Virus record (IMG/VR): IMGVR_UViG_3300029935_000001
Span: 265,867 to 323,407 of that record
Source: a virus
Lineage: Duplodnaviria; Heunggongvirae; Uroviricota; Caudoviricetes
Direction: 5' to 3' (one strand)
DNA: 57,541 nt
The translations under genes were made by a program, and so were the position numbers. Each line of letters begins with the position of its first letter. Within the stretch, counting starts at the first letter, position 1. Shown here piece after piece: positions 1 through 9,339 of this stretch. Below the pieces are notes generated by a model. It made no database searches. It was not told the DNA's origin and was given only the letters and a program-made list of their open reading frames with translations.

Positions 1-195
1 GCGAGTTTGCTACTATGCTGGTACACCTGGTCGTCTCTGAGTGCGCTGCTGTAGTCGACTCGTTGACCGAAGAAAGCTACGGCGTAGCAAACCGCTGGGC
101 AACTGGCGATGACCTGATCAAACACTTTGAGGATGGCAAGTAACTCCTCTGGCACAGTTCGAACGTTAATCTAGCATTTGGACAAAGGTGTAAGC

Positions 196-456
196 ATGGC
201 ACTTGACTTTACTGGTTTTGAATCCATCCCGTTCCACACCCGCGGCGCCCTCGAGCGTTATGCCGAGCATCGCATTCCGCCTGGCAGCTTCTTGCGCGCC
301 GTGCTCGTTGGCGATTTGTACTTGGCAATCGACCGCGCCGACTACATTAACTTCTACATCTTGCCTGAGATCGCTCGGTTTATCCAACAAAAACTTCCTG
401 GCAATATCTGGGGCAACGCAGAAAACATTGAAAATCACTTGGATGGCCGCAGCTAA
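196..456 (+). CDS. hypothetical phage protein
   Basis: ORF with AAGG RBS before ATG 196 (track start 178). Confidence 0.6.
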   Translation: MALDFTGFESIPFHTRGALERYAEHRIPPGSFLRAVLVGDLYLAIDRADYINFYILPEIARFIQQKLPGNIWGNAENIENHLDGRS

Positions 457-579
457 GTCTTTGAATCTACAAGGGCCAAAACCGCATTGTAGCGTTTAAA
501 ACTACAAAACGCCCTAGTACCGCTGACAAACTGCCTTTACCGCCCTGTAGCGTCTAAATGCTTAAAAAGGAGGCACATC

Positions 580-1014
580 ATGCCTGTACACGGATACAAA
601 ATCAAACTTGAGAGCACTCTCGAGTTTTCTGAGTCAGAACCTGAGCGGTATGGACGCTGGGAGAAGGCGAGCTCGTGGGAAATTGGACGCATTGCTGAGC
701 AAGTTGCCGAGTTCCCTGATGTAACAACTACTTTGGATTTGCCCAAAAATTCCACAGCGTTTGTGGTCTGGGTCAGATGGTCTAGTGGGGATTCCTTCGG
801 ATGGCATAAAAACGGTTATGCCGAAGCTATTGGCATTTTTGCTGACTACCGTGTTGCGCAGGAACTGGCGCGCGCAGTCGAAACCGAAAAGTGCGAAGAT
901 TATCGGTTCAAAGTCACCACCAGCGACGGACAAACGCACTCATGTTGTCCAGGCTGGGTTGGGTATTTCGAGAGTTTGGAGGCAGTTGAGATCGACGCCG
1001 TGACTGTTGTTTAG
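580..1014 (+). CDS. hypothetical phage protein
   Basis: 144-aa ORF, strong AGGAGG RBS. Confidence 0.75.
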   Translation: MPVHGYKIKLESTLEFSESEPERYGRWEKASSWEIGRIAEQVAEFPDVTTTLDLPKNSTAFVVWVRWSSGDSFGWHKNGYAEAIGIFADYRVAQELARAVETEKCEDYRFKVTTSDGQTHSCCPGWVGYFESLEAVEIDAVTVV

Positions 1015-1055
1015 TATAATAGCGATACTGTTTAACAACCACACGGGATTCAACG

Positions 1056-1574
1056 ATGGCTACTAAACTCGAAAATCTAGAACTTGAAGTCGCACACTTT
1101 CGTCAGTTTTCTAAATACCTGCCGGGCATCAAGCAGTGTTGTGAAGAAACCATTGAGCATTTGCTTGCGCTCGGCGTGCTGCAGGTGAGCACTGCCTTTG
1201 AGCAAGCCATCGCCAAGACTGCAGGTACTACGGTTGTATCGCAAGACACGGCTGACCTGTCTGATGGGTCCGACGCTAAGCTGTCCTCGGTCCGCACCAT
1301 GAGCAATGGCACCTGCTACTCGGCTCCGGTGTGCGAGATTCACGGCAAGACCGGAGCCCTCCGAGTGCAGGTTTACGAGCGCAAGCAAGACAAGTTTTAT
1401 TACTTCGTTATCCCTAACCAATCCTACTCGGTGATCCCAAAGACTTCGAACATCGAAATCCCGTTTGAGCTTGACGGGACACCCCGCCGAGTTCCTGCCG
1501 GTCGTCGCAAGTACGCTAACTGGTGGGATTTTGAAGTCAAGTCATTTAAAGCGATGAGCAAGCAAGCGGCATGA
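1056..1574 (+). CDS. hypothetical protein, possible PD-(D/E)XK nuclease-like fold
   Basis: 172-aa ORF; FEQAIAK...DLSDGSDAKLSS resembles an E...D...D-x-K active site; function weakly supported. Confidence 0.55.
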   Translation: MATKLENLELEVAHFRQFSKYLPGIKQCCEETIEHLLALGVLQVSTAFEQAIAKTAGTTVVSQDTADLSDGSDAKLSSVRTMSNGTCYSAPVCEIHGKTGALRVQVYERKQDKFYYFVIPNQSYSVIPKTSNIEIPFELDGTPRRVPAGRRKYANWWDFEVKSFKAMSKQAA

Positions 1575-1891
1575 TCATCCATCAATACAGTGACGGGTCA
1601 CGCGGATACGAGTACCAACCCGGTGATCGGGTTCGTATCCGCGACACAATCACAAAAATCTTTGACGAGGCAGCACGGACTGCGACCGAATGTGTGGTGC
1701 TCGGCTACTGGTACCCTCGAGACACTGCCTGGAATGTCGCACCTTTGCGCGTACAGTGGAGCCCCGAGTGGGGACCAGCAATGTGCGCACCGTGGGGTCT
1801 TGTGCCCACACACGAAACCCTCGCTAACGCAACCATGGAGTACGTAGAATGGAATACCCTAGCCAACAAGAACGAATCCGCCAGCAGCTAG
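1571..1891 (+). CDS. hypothetical phage protein
   Basis: ATGA overlap with upstream stop; YQPGDRVRI KOW/SH3-like start. Confidence 0.65.
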   Translation: MIIHQYSDGSRGYEYQPGDRVRIRDTITKIFDEAARTATECVVLGYWYPRDTAWNVAPLRVQWSPEWGPAMCAPWGLVPTHETLANATMEYVEWNTLANKNESASS

Positions 1892-2047
1892 AGTGGGTTG
1901 AACAGGAGCTCGAGCGATCCAAGCGCTCGGCCAACTCTAGCGGTCTCGACTGCACATCTGCCCCGTTTATGATCGTGAGCGAGTACCGCCTCAAGCTCAA
2001 GCACTTGCGCAGTGTGCTGATGTGCAACCTTGACGACATTTAACAGG

Positions 2048-2076
2048 TTGACCTTTCCTGCTGCTTCTGGTATAAT
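2048..2076 (+). promoter_or_regulatory. sigma70-type early promoter
   Basis: TTGACC-N17-TATAAT. Confidence 0.85.
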
Positions 2077-2106
2077 ACATACACTAACTAACAAAGGAGC
2101 AGCAAA

Positions 2107-2340
2107 ATGTCGATCTCGGCCCGTCAGCAGGTGCAACTCGATCTCGTTTGCGAACTAGTAGCTTTTCAGAGTCAAGCCCCGCATACTGTGCGCCGCGGCC
2201 TTGCTGCAATGGAAGCTAATCCGGTCCTTGTTGAGGAGTGCCCTGCGGTGTTTGGTATGCCGTTTCCTGCGCTCAAAGAAGGGCTAACTGAATTGGTCGA
2301 TCTCGATCGCGAGTATGAGCCCGAAAATCTGTTTGCGTAA
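2107..2340 (+). CDS. hypothetical protein
   Basis: First ORF after the promoter, AAGGAG RBS. Confidence 0.65.
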   Translation: MSISARQQVQLDLVCELVAFQSQAPHTVRRGLAAMEANPVLVEECPAVFGMPFPALKEGLTELVDLDREYEPENLFA

Positions 2341-2357
2341 CCCATTAGGAGCACAAA

Positions 2358-3152
2358 ATGAAGCAGATTGTTATTTCTGGAAAAAACGCAGCAGAAAATA
2401 TTAGACTTTCGCGATTGGCTACACGAAAAAGCAATTTAGTCGAAGACAAATGTATTTGGGAGGTTTTGGCCAAAACCCCATGCTCTAACTTGTTGCCAAT
2501 AACAACAACTAAAGGCAACAAGCTGGTTAAAGACGCTGCGTTCAAGACTGCCATGGCAGTAGGATCAACAATAACAAAGAGAATTGTTACAAGATATGCC
2601 GACGAGTTCGGGGTGCTATGCGACGAAGACGTATCTGCGCAAATGATCCAGGAGATTGCTGCAAGGTATCTTGCTTGGGACTATTACGCACAGTTGTTGG
2701 TTTGTAGGGACCCTAGTCGTCAGAGTATCGACGAAGAAGTGCAGATCGAAACTCTCCGACGCCACCTCAAACATGCAAACGTAGTAAAACTAACCAACGG
2801 TAGTGTTACTTTGTTTGACGGAAGGTTAATTTCAAAACCTAAAGATACTAAGTTTGACGCACGAAGCGTTGATTTTCAGGTTCTGCATAAAGGTATTGTT
2901 TTCAACATCTTTGCGAAATACTCGTTGGTGTCAGGATCGGGACAGTCTCATCAAGCAATTGAGAGTAAAAACTTTATTCTCGAAGCAGCAAAGTACATCC
3001 GCAACACACACGATAATGCTGTGTTTGTAGTAATGCTCGATGGAGCCGAAGCCGAGCGGCACATTGCAGAGCTGCAAGCAATTAGCAACTCCAACAGGAT
3101 TTTTGTTGGAAACTCAGAGATGGTGATTAATTTTGTTAACACTTATTTGTAG
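2358..3152 (+). CDS. putative restriction endonuclease-like protein (PD-(D/E)XK)
   Basis: RDPSRQSIDE..Q, SVDF, FAKY..SGSGQSHQ..E segments; adjacent to a methyltransferase; lower GC. Confidence 0.5.
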   Translation: MKQIVISGKNAAENIRLSRLATRKSNLVEDKCIWEVLAKTPCSNLLPITTTKGNKLVKDAAFKTAMAVGSTITKRIVTRYADEFGVLCDEDVSAQMIQEIAARYLAWDYYAQLLVCRDPSRQSIDEEVQIETLRRHLKHANVVKLTNGSVTLFDGRLISKPKDTKFDARSVDFQVLHKGIVFNIFAKYSLVSGSGQSHQAIESKNFILEAAKYIRNTHDNAVFVVMLDGAEAERHIAELQAISNSNRIFVGNSEMVINFVNTYL

Positions 3153-3153
3153 T

Positions 3154-3161
3154 TATAAATA
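3154..3161 (+). promoter_or_regulatory. T4-late-type promoter
   Basis: TATAAATA 5 nt upstream of the MTase ATG. Confidence 0.6.
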
Positions 3162-3166
3162 GTTGC

Positions 3167-4192
3167 ATGAAGAAAATAGAGCTTGGTCAATATTATACTA
3201 AGGCTACGTCTTGGTTGCTGCCACAAATTGCTGAGTTTATTACCTCACGTAATCCGTTACGGATCGTAGATCCGTTTGCTGGGGAAGGTGACTTATTGCG
3301 TGCGGTCTGCAAGGATTTTCCTGTTGCTGGGTTTGATATTGATAAGCCTGCACTGTGGGCAGTTAACGATAGCTTAGTGCATATACCGTCCCAGATTGGC
3401 GATTTTTGCTTAACGAATCCACCATACTTAGCAAAAACAACAGCTACTAGGTTCTCGCGCTCTGCAGCGCTTAAATATTTTACTCAATACCCGCATGCTA
3501 TTGACTTATACTTGATTGCTCTAGAGCGCTGCTTTGAAACTTTCGATTGCGGAGTTGCTATTGTACCCGAAACTTATCTATTGAACAATAAACGATCGGC
3601 TCGGATTTCGAGCCTAACAGTTCTCGAAGAAAATCCGTTTACTGACACTGAATTTCCAGTAGCGGTTATCACATGGACTTCAACTAACAACGCAGACTTT
3701 TCTGTATTTAAGGGAAAGACCTATTTAGGTCAATACCAGGATTTAAAGAAGTTTGATATAAAGCAGAAACACACAACAATAGAACCCGTAGGAATTAAGT
3801 TCAACGTCGCCCGCGGCGGAAACATAGGTGCAATCTGCATTGATAACGGTCGCAAAATCGGAGGTATCCAATTTGTACCAACAAATATGATCAAGGGCGT
3901 AATTAAACCGAGTAGTAGAACTTATACAATAATTGCAGTAGACACAAATGTTGACATCAAACTGCTAATACAGAAGTGTAATCAGCTACTCGACGAATAC
4001 CGACACGCAACCCACGACATATTCATGGCCCCGTTTAAAGGAAACGATATGTTTGGCCGCCGGCGCCGGCGGCTCGACTTTGCTACTGCTAGATCAATTA
4101 TTTCAGTAGCAGTAAACGAGCTAAAGGCGCCGGCCCAACTACCCAAAGTACCAGCAAAAGAGCTATTTGACGGCCTCGAAAACATTTCGTGA
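3167..4192 (+). CDS. N6-adenine DNA methyltransferase
   Basis: Motif X LGQYYT, motif I DPFAGEG, motif IV NPPY. Confidence 0.9.
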   Translation: MKKIELGQYYTKATSWLLPQIAEFITSRNPLRIVDPFAGEGDLLRAVCKDFPVAGFDIDKPALWAVNDSLVHIPSQIGDFCLTNPPYLAKTTATRFSRSAALKYFTQYPHAIDLYLIALERCFETFDCGVAIVPETYLLNNKRSARISSLTVLEENPFTDTEFPVAVITWTSTNNADFSVFKGKTYLGQYQDLKKFDIKQKHTTIEPVGIKFNVARGGNIGAICIDNGRKIGGIQFVPTNMIKGVIKPSSRTYTIIAVDTNVDIKLLIQKCNQLLDEYRHATHDIFMAPFKGNDMFGRRRRRLDFATARSIISVAVNELKAPAQLPKVPAKELFDGLENIS

Positions 4193-4223
4193 CCTTAGCG
4201 ATGGTAGTATTGCAGTTTCGCAA

Positions 4224-4601
4224 ATGACTGGCGATCTCAAAAAATTCATCGACCTAGTGGACCGAGAGTGGCAAAATGATGAGCTGTTTGAAATGGCCAA
4301 CATCACGCCAAAGTACCACGGGATCGAAAATGTTGTTATTTGGGTCGGCCTGGCACCAAAAAATCACAGACTAAGAGTGAAAGTGTCAAATGTCCCAGGG
4401 CGAATGGACATGGATGACAGCTTTGTTATTATGATGCCTAGCCTCGACTATGATCCAAAAGCGGTAGCAAAGTGGATTACCCCCAAAACGATGAGAAAGA
4501 TCCTACAATGGATTACGCTCAATCAGAAACTGTTATTTGATTACGAAACTGGCTTGATTACCGACACTGTAGAATTTGTGACTAGTCTATCAAAAGTTTG
4601 A
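4224..4601 (+). CDS. hypothetical protein, possibly virion-internal
   Basis: MTGDLKKFIDLV...ELFE-MANI; LFE resembles the protease-site motif of the 24.7-34.3 kb array. Confidence 0.6.
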   Translation: MTGDLKKFIDLVDREWQNDELFEMANITPKYHGIENVVIWVGLAPKNHRLRVKVSNVPGRMDMDDSFVIMMPSLDYDPKAVAKWITPKTMRKILQWITLNQKLLFDYETGLITDTVEFVTSLSKV

Positions 4602-4626
4602 TAGTTTTCCGCAGATCAACTCGCAA

Positions 4627-4851
4627 ATGACCCGCAAACAAATCGTTGACATCATCTACCTCGTTACCGCTTTTGCTGGTGCGATCATCGTAGCGTCAAA
4701 CATCGGCCAAGCCCGTCTTGGCTACTCGATCTTTTTTGTGTCGAGCTTGGCCGCCCTGTACCTACTTGCGATCAGCAACGCCAGCCGTAGCTTGGTCGTA
4801 GTGAACATTCTTTTTATGGTTATTAATGTATATGGAATCATTCGAGGATAG
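4627..4851 (+). CDS. small membrane protein
   Basis: Three hydrophobic segments in 74 aa. Confidence 0.65.
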   Translation: MTRKQIVDIIYLVTAFAGAIIVASNIGQARLGYSIFFVSSLAALYLLAISNASRSLVVVNILFMVINVYGIIRG

Positions 4852-5158
4852 TCAACCTGATTACACGCCCGACGTGTGGGAGATCGTGGTGATCACTGAT
4901 CACGCCGCCGGCGAATCAACGCGCCGCGTTCTTGCTGGGTGGTACGGGGGATATGCTAAGTCTGATTCTTGGCAGCTTTCGTCCGGAATCGTTGACGAGA
5001 AGCCCGGGGAGAAATACACCGACTACCACAACCACTCGGGCTCGATCTACCGCTGCTACCACAACAGCCGCCGTACCAGCTCGCTCACGCAAAGCGTATT
5101 CAATCGTCTTGCTGCGGGCCAGACGGAAACGCTCCGGGTCACTATGGAAAAAGGTTGA
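4826..5158 (+). CDS. hypothetical phage protein
   Basis: YTPDVW...VLAGWYGGY..SDSWQLSSGI...SGSIYRC; coding-like ORF overlapping the upstream gene. Confidence 0.7.
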   Translation: MYMESFEDSQPDYTPDVWEIVVITDHAAGESTRRVLAGWYGGYAKSDSWQLSSGIVDEKPGEKYTDYHNHSGSIYRCYHNSRRTSSLTQSVFNRLAAGQTETLRVTMEKG

Positions 5159-5183
5159 CCTCCGCGCTCGCCTTGCGTATAAT
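5155..5183 (+). promoter_or_regulatory. sigma70-type early promoter
   Basis: TTGACC-N17-TATAAT followed by TACATA and an AACGCAACGGAG leader. Confidence 0.85.
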
Positions 5184-5215
5184 AGGTACATACAATAACG
5201 CAACGGAGCAAGCAA

Positions 5216-5413
5216 ATGTTCGAAAAGATCGTAGGTTGGAGTTTTTACGCCGCTGCTCCGTTTGTGGGCCCGACTCTTCTGCTCACGCTGTATGTCGGCA
5301 CTACGTTTGTTCCGATAAACCAGGCTGTGTATGGCTTTGCTGCTTATACTCTGGTTTGGATGTATGTGTTCGCAGCGTGGTTTGACAACAGCCGCTTTCA
5401 ACGCGCACTCTAA
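5216..5413 (+). CDS. small membrane protein
   Basis: GGAG RBS; two hydrophobic segments. Confidence 0.65.
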   Translation: MFEKIVGWSFYAAAPFVGPTLLLTLYVGTTFVPINQAVYGFAAYTLVWMYVFAAWFDNSRFQRAL

Positions 5414-5425
5414 CGAGGAGCTATA

Positions 5426-5692
5426 ATGAAATTCCGCAAACCCAGTGAAGTTGGCTGCGCTTCGCTCAGTGCTTTTATTGGCTTTAACCTCGGCCGCGTT
5501 GTTGAAGGCATTCGCGGGATGGCGTGGGGTCTTGTTGCGCTGATTGTGCTCGTGCTTGCTCCGGTTCTGTGGCCGTTGGGCTACTTGTACCAAAACTTTT
5601 ACGGCCATGCGCGCGCGGTTGCTCAGAACAAAAAAGCCCGCCAGCGCTACATGGACGAATATCGTCAGAGGCTCGCCGGTAATGATAACTGA
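5426..5692 (+). CDS. small membrane protein
   Basis: GAGGAG RBS; hydrophobic central helix. Confidence 0.65.
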   Translation: MKFRKPSEVGCASLSAFIGFNLGRVVEGIRGMAWGLVALIVLVLAPVLWPLGYLYQNFYGHARAVAQNKKARQRYMDEYRQRLAGNDN

Positions 5693-5885
5693 AAGCACCC
5701 GAGACTACCTCTCGGGCATTGTGTTCTTGATGTTCGAGAGCAGTGTCCCTTCCTCGGACGAGATCAATGATTACTGCAAGACCAATTACGGGTTTGTACC
5801 AGCTCGGTCCGAGCTCGACATGCCCGCTGAGTTCCGCGGATACACTAACCCTGGTTGGGTGCGGTGTTATCCTGACCGCAAGTAA
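5682..5885 (+). CDS. hypothetical protein
   Basis: ATG 5682 overlaps the end of the upstream gene. Confidence 0.55.
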   Translation: MITESTRDYLSGIVFLMFESSVPSSDEINDYCKTNYGFVPARSELDMPAEFRGYTNPGWVRCYPDRK

Positions 5886-5897
5886 AAGGAGCATGCC

Positions 5898-6098
5898 ATG
5901 GCTGTAGAAGTGGTTCGAGTTTACACCAGTTTCAGCGACGACTTCGTTGCGGTTATCAACGGCAACGAAGTCGATCGGTTTTACAAGATAAGCGAGCAAA
6001 CGGTGGCGGCCATTATCCAAGCCGCTGGGCTCTCCGTGCAAATGGGCAAGACTGTAAACCGCAGCCAGTTTGCTGACACGTATGGCTTTCCGCCGTAA
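5898..6098 (+). CDS. hypothetical protein
   Basis: AAGGAG RBS. Confidence 0.65.
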   Translation: MAVEVVRVYTSFSDDFVAVINGNEVDRFYKISEQTVAAIIQAAGLSVQMGKTVNRSQFADTYGFPP

Positions 6099-6167
6099 CT
6101 CTCCTAACAACTATTACTCCCAGCGAGACACTCTTGTGTTTATTCGCAACGTCTACAAAGGCCGATC

Positions 6168-6659
6168 ATGAGCATCAAAGCCATCACCGAGATCGTCGTC
6201 TCTTCCCCTACTCGGTATCCCGACTGCCTTGTTGGCCTCGCTCGCGAGCTTGCTGCTGGATTCGCAACCCGGGCTGAATCAATGCGCGTGCTGCGTGGCG
6301 TTGCTCGGCCGCTGTGGGTTACGTACATTCTCAACGTCAGCTCTGTGCGGCGCCGTGTTATTACGCCGGTTCTTCGCAAGAGCTTCTCCGAAGCAGCAAT
6401 CAGCGAGTTCCACAAAGCCAAGTCCGACTGGCACACTGCCCGCTGGATTGAAGTCTCTTCGCAACGCAGACTGAAAGCGATGTATCGTTTGGCTGTAACC
6501 GAAGACCAGCAAGATTTTGCCGACGCCTACGAGTTCATTGTCGCAGCGCAGCATAAAACATCCACCCACACAATGCCTGGCGCGTGGGTCAACTCAGTCT
6601 CCCCTAACGATATCGCAGAAATTCTGGCCTGGCGCTGTGCCAAAGGAGTATCGCAATGA
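6168..6659 (+). CDS. hypothetical protein
   Basis: 163-aa ORF, ATGA-coupled to the next gene. Confidence 0.6.
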   Translation: MSIKAITEIVVSSPTRYPDCLVGLARELAAGFATRAESMRVLRGVARPLWVTYILNVSSVRRRVITPVLRKSFSEAAISEFHKAKSDWHTARWIEVSSQRRLKAMYRLAVTEDQQDFADAYEFIVAAQHKTSTHTMPGAWVNSVSPNDIAEILAWRCAKGVSQ

Positions 6660-6940
6660 AAATCCTCAAATACACAAACGACTGGGAGCATGACGTCTAC
6701 GCCGTCGACGGCGAGCGGGTGACCCAGCTCAAGGTCGTTGAGATCGACGAAGTCCAGTACCCAGTCATCGCCAAGATCTGCTCAGTCCAATATGATGACA
6801 TGGGGCACGTCTACACTGCTACGTCAACCCACTACTTTGTGGAGATTGATGTGCTCGGAGTCAAGACTCGAGTCGACCTAAACACCATTGTGCCTAAGCG
6901 CCGAGTGTATGCTGTAGCGTACTCGGTAAAGATAGGTTGA
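6656..6940 (+). CDS. hypothetical protein
   Basis: GGAG RBS, ATGA overlap. Confidence 0.65.
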   Translation: MKILKYTNDWEHDVYAVDGERVTQLKVVEIDEVQYPVIAKICSVQYDDMGHVYTATSTHYFVEIDVLGVKTRVDLNTIVPKRRVYAVAYSVKIG

Positions 6941-6965
6941 CCATTGGCCCAGATTCTGGTATAAT
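6937..6965 (+). promoter_or_regulatory. sigma70-type early promoter
   Basis: TTGACC-N17-TATAAT. Confidence 0.85.
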
Positions 6966-6991
6966 AGCTACATAACGAAACGGGGCCTACT

Positions 6992-7174
6992 ATGAAAGCC
7001 AAAAAAGTTGTTTTGATCTACGCAGACGTCGAACACAATGGTGTTGAGTTCCGCGTATACCCGAACGGTTATGTTGAGCAGTACCGGCACAACCTCTGGT
7101 GGGAATACGACACCTACGAAGACGACTACGATGCTATCCAAGCCGCTGGTGTTGCTGCGATTCGGGGAGAATGA
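6992..7174 (+). CDS. hypothetical protein
   Basis: First ORF after the promoter. Confidence 0.6.
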   Translation: MKAKKVVLIYADVEHNGVEFRVYPNGYVEQYRHNLWWEYDTYEDDYDAIQAAGVAAIRGE

Positions 7175-7761
7175 CCTTGTTTAAGATTGGCGATACAGTC
7201 GAATACATTGAAACCGGCGAGCTTGGCACTGTAATCGAGATCGACCGCGACGCAGGCGGCCCTGACTTTGGTATCTTGTGGGCAAGCGGCGACGAGTCGT
7301 GGGCCGAAGAAGAAGACCTGCGCCACGCTGCCCCGCTTGCTAAAGGCGACGTGGTCACTCTCACTGCTGACATATTTAGCAATGCCATAGAAAACGATGT
7401 CCTTAGGAACCTAACCGAAAACTGTTCACCGAACTTTTTCCAGGTGTTTGAAGCGCAAAGCAACGACATGTTCGATTACGACATTGCGCTTCCGGTGTAT
7501 CAACATTCCAATCTTTCATGGGCGCACGGCGCGGCCTACGATCTTTGGAAGGCTAACCCAGGTAAGCGTTACACTATCATTCAGCCGTACAATGGCTCGT
7601 GTGCCGGCGGCTACGGGTTTTCTGAACAACACTCGGAGGCAACAGAGCTCAAAATCATCCATCTCGAAGGCCCGTACTACATGGTCGTTGATCCGGTTAC
7701 TAACCATGAGCTGTACACTGGCTCGTACGAAAAGTGTCAGCAGTTCATTGATCTGTTCTAA
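7171..7761 (+). CDS. hypothetical protein with N-terminal KOW/SH3-like domain
   Basis: GGAG RBS, ATGA overlap; N-terminal ~65 aa paralogous to 7767..8066. Confidence 0.7.
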   Translation: MTLFKIGDTVEYIETGELGTVIEIDRDAGGPDFGILWASGDESWAEEEDLRHAAPLAKGDVVTLTADIFSNAIENDVLRNLTENCSPNFFQVFEAQSNDMFDYDIALPVYQHSNLSWAHGAAYDLWKANPGKRYTIIQPYNGSCAGGYGFSEQHSEATELKIIHLEGPYYMVVDPVTNHELYTGSYEKCQQFIDLF

Positions 7762-7766
7762 GGAGA

Positions 7767-8066
7767 ATGCTAATGTTTAAAGTGGGCGATCGTGTGGAGT
7801 ATATCGACGACGGCGAGCCTGGCACTGTAGTCGAAGTAGATCGGTCAACCAGCGAGCCTGATTATTGTGTTGCTTGGGCAAGTGGTCACCAGACTTGGGA
7901 GGAAGCAGCCGATCTGCGCAACGTCACTCCACTGGCTGCAGGCGACACGGTATCGCTTACTGCCGAAGTGGTCAGCGTTGGTGTTGATGGCAAGACCGCA
8001 ATGGTGCGCATTGCGGGCATGACCGAATGCTACCTTGTGCCGATTGCGGTGGCCTACGTAAAATAA
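7767..8066 (+). CDS. KOW/SH3-like domain protein
   Basis: FKVGDRVEYIDDGEPGTV; paralog of the upstream N-terminus. Confidence 0.7.
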   Translation: MLMFKVGDRVEYIDDGEPGTVVEVDRSTSEPDYCVAWASGHQTWEEAADLRNVTPLAAGDTVSLTAEVVSVGVDGKTAMVRIAGMTECYLVPIAVAYVK

Positions 8067-8071
8067 AAAGG

Positions 8072-8100
8072 TTGACCATTCGACTCGAATCCGGTATAAT
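8072..8100 (+). promoter_or_regulatory. sigma70-type early promoter
   Basis: TTGACC-N17-TATAAT. Confidence 0.85.
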
Positions 8101-8133
8101 AGCTACATAACGTAACGCAACGGAGCAAACGAA

Positions 8134-8316
8134 ATGGACTACCGCAAAGCCGGATACACGCACGAGATCAAGTACGAAACAGTCCACGAAACTTTTGGCG
8201 TGGTGAAACAGTCGTTTCCGACTGTGGCTGATGCTGTTGATTTTTGGGTCAACACCCTTCGCGGTAATAGCCAGGTGTTTAATATTGAGGTTGTTAGCCT
8301 CACTAAGGAGAATTAA
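8134..8316 (+). CDS. hypothetical protein
   Basis: GGAG RBS after the promoter. Confidence 0.65.
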   Translation: MDYRKAGYTHEIKYETVHETFGVVKQSFPTVADAVDFWVNTLRGNSQVFNIEVVSLTKEN

Positions 8317-8318
8317 CT

Positions 8319-8516
8319 ATGCGCTCAGCTTCTGAACTGTATTGGAGTGGGTATTCTGCTGCTACTCGCGGCGAAACGCGCAACCCGTATTCGCCTGTTG
8401 ATTTTTTGCGCGGGTTCGATGACTCTGTTGCAGACAACCAAGTACGGCGCACTCAGCCTTACGTTGACTGGTATAACAAAACCGTCCACACTGAATTTTA
8501 CACCATGGTATATTAA
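8319..8516 (+). CDS. hypothetical protein
   Basis: AAGGAG RBS. Confidence 0.6.
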   Translation: MRSASELYWSGYSAATRGETRNPYSPVDFLRGFDDSVADNQVRRTQPYVDWYNKTVHTEFYTMVY

Positions 8517-8518
8517 AC

Positions 8519-8680
8519 ATGTCTACTATGCCGATGTATCGAGGAACGCTTCTCTCCCCTAACTCTGAAGCTTATGCGATGTGGGAAAAGAAAGAGTTCA
8601 AAAAACTTGACGAACATCTCAAGCAGCTTGAAAAGAACGAACGCGAGTTGCTTGCCAGGTACACCAAGGAAAAATCATGA
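8519..8680 (+). CDS. small hypothetical protein (53 aa, not in track)
   Basis: MSTMPMYRGTLLSPNSEAYAMWEKKEFKKL...; fills the gap and is ATGA-coupled to the next gene. Confidence 0.55.
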   Translation: MSTMPMYRGTLLSPNSEAYAMWEKKEFKKLDEHLKQLEKNERELLARYTKEKS

Positions 8681-8850
8681 GCTTGGGCGCTGTTGTGTTG
8701 TTTTTAGCAATGCTCGTCGGCTTGCTGTTAATTTTTGTAGTAGGTGAAATTCGTGCGTACCACATCCACGGTCGAAAAAATCCGTCGTGCACTTACTCTT
8801 GGGTCCGGACACTTTATGAAAAATTTCGCCTTGACCGATATCGGTGGTAG
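8677..8850 (+). CDS. small membrane protein (57 aa, not in track)
   Basis: MSLGAVVLFLAMLVGLLLIFVVG transmembrane helix; AAGG RBS. Confidence 0.55.
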   Translation: MSLGAVVLFLAMLVGLLLIFVVGEIRAYHIHGRKNPSCTYSWVRTLYEKFRLDRYRW

Positions 8851-8854
8851 GCGA

Positions 8855-9025
8855 ATGCTGTTGCTTGGGGCAGCAATGCTCGTCGCTGGGTGCAGCCAAA
8901 AGCCCGAGGATGAAATTCGCCACCAAGTGCGAGAAGTCCGCCTGTCCGACGGAACTCAGTGCGTAGCGATAGTTCACGAAGCTGTAGTCCAATCTCTTGT
9001 CTGTAATTGGAAGTCATCTACGTAA
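8855..9025 (+). CDS. small lipoprotein
   Basis: MLLLGAAMLVAGC lipobox. Confidence 0.55.
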   Translation: MLLLGAAMLVAGCSQKPEDEIRHQVREVRLSDGTQCVAIVHEAVVQSLVCNWKSST

Positions 9026-9065
9026 ACCCACAGGCACTGGCCCGCATTTTTGAAAAGGAGCTTAA

Positions 9066-9281
9066 ATGAGCCATGTTGTAACATTTTCTACCGAAGTATC
9101 AAGTCTGCTGTGCGACCAATTGCTTGAGTGGGCCAAGCGTAGTTGCGCAAGTTATATCACAAACGGCGCCGCGTATGGTCATTATGAATTTTATTTCAAC
9201 AACCGCTGTGATGCTGCGAATTTTTTCGAACATGGTCGCGCGCTCGGGCTGTCCATGCAAATCATTGAACGTTTCGGTTGA
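9066..9281 (+). CDS. hypothetical protein
   Basis: AAGGAG RBS. Confidence 0.65.
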   Translation: MSHVVTFSTEVSSLLCDQLLEWAKRSCASYITNGAAYGHYEFYFNNRCDAANFFEHGRALGLSMQIIERFG

Positions 9282-9306
9282 CCAGAGCAGCCACTTTGCG
9301 TATAAT
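9278..9306 (+). promoter_or_regulatory. sigma70-type early promoter
   Basis: TTGACC-N17-TATAAT. Confidence 0.85.
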
Positions 9307-9339
9307 TACTACATAAGATAACGCAACGGAGAAAACATC

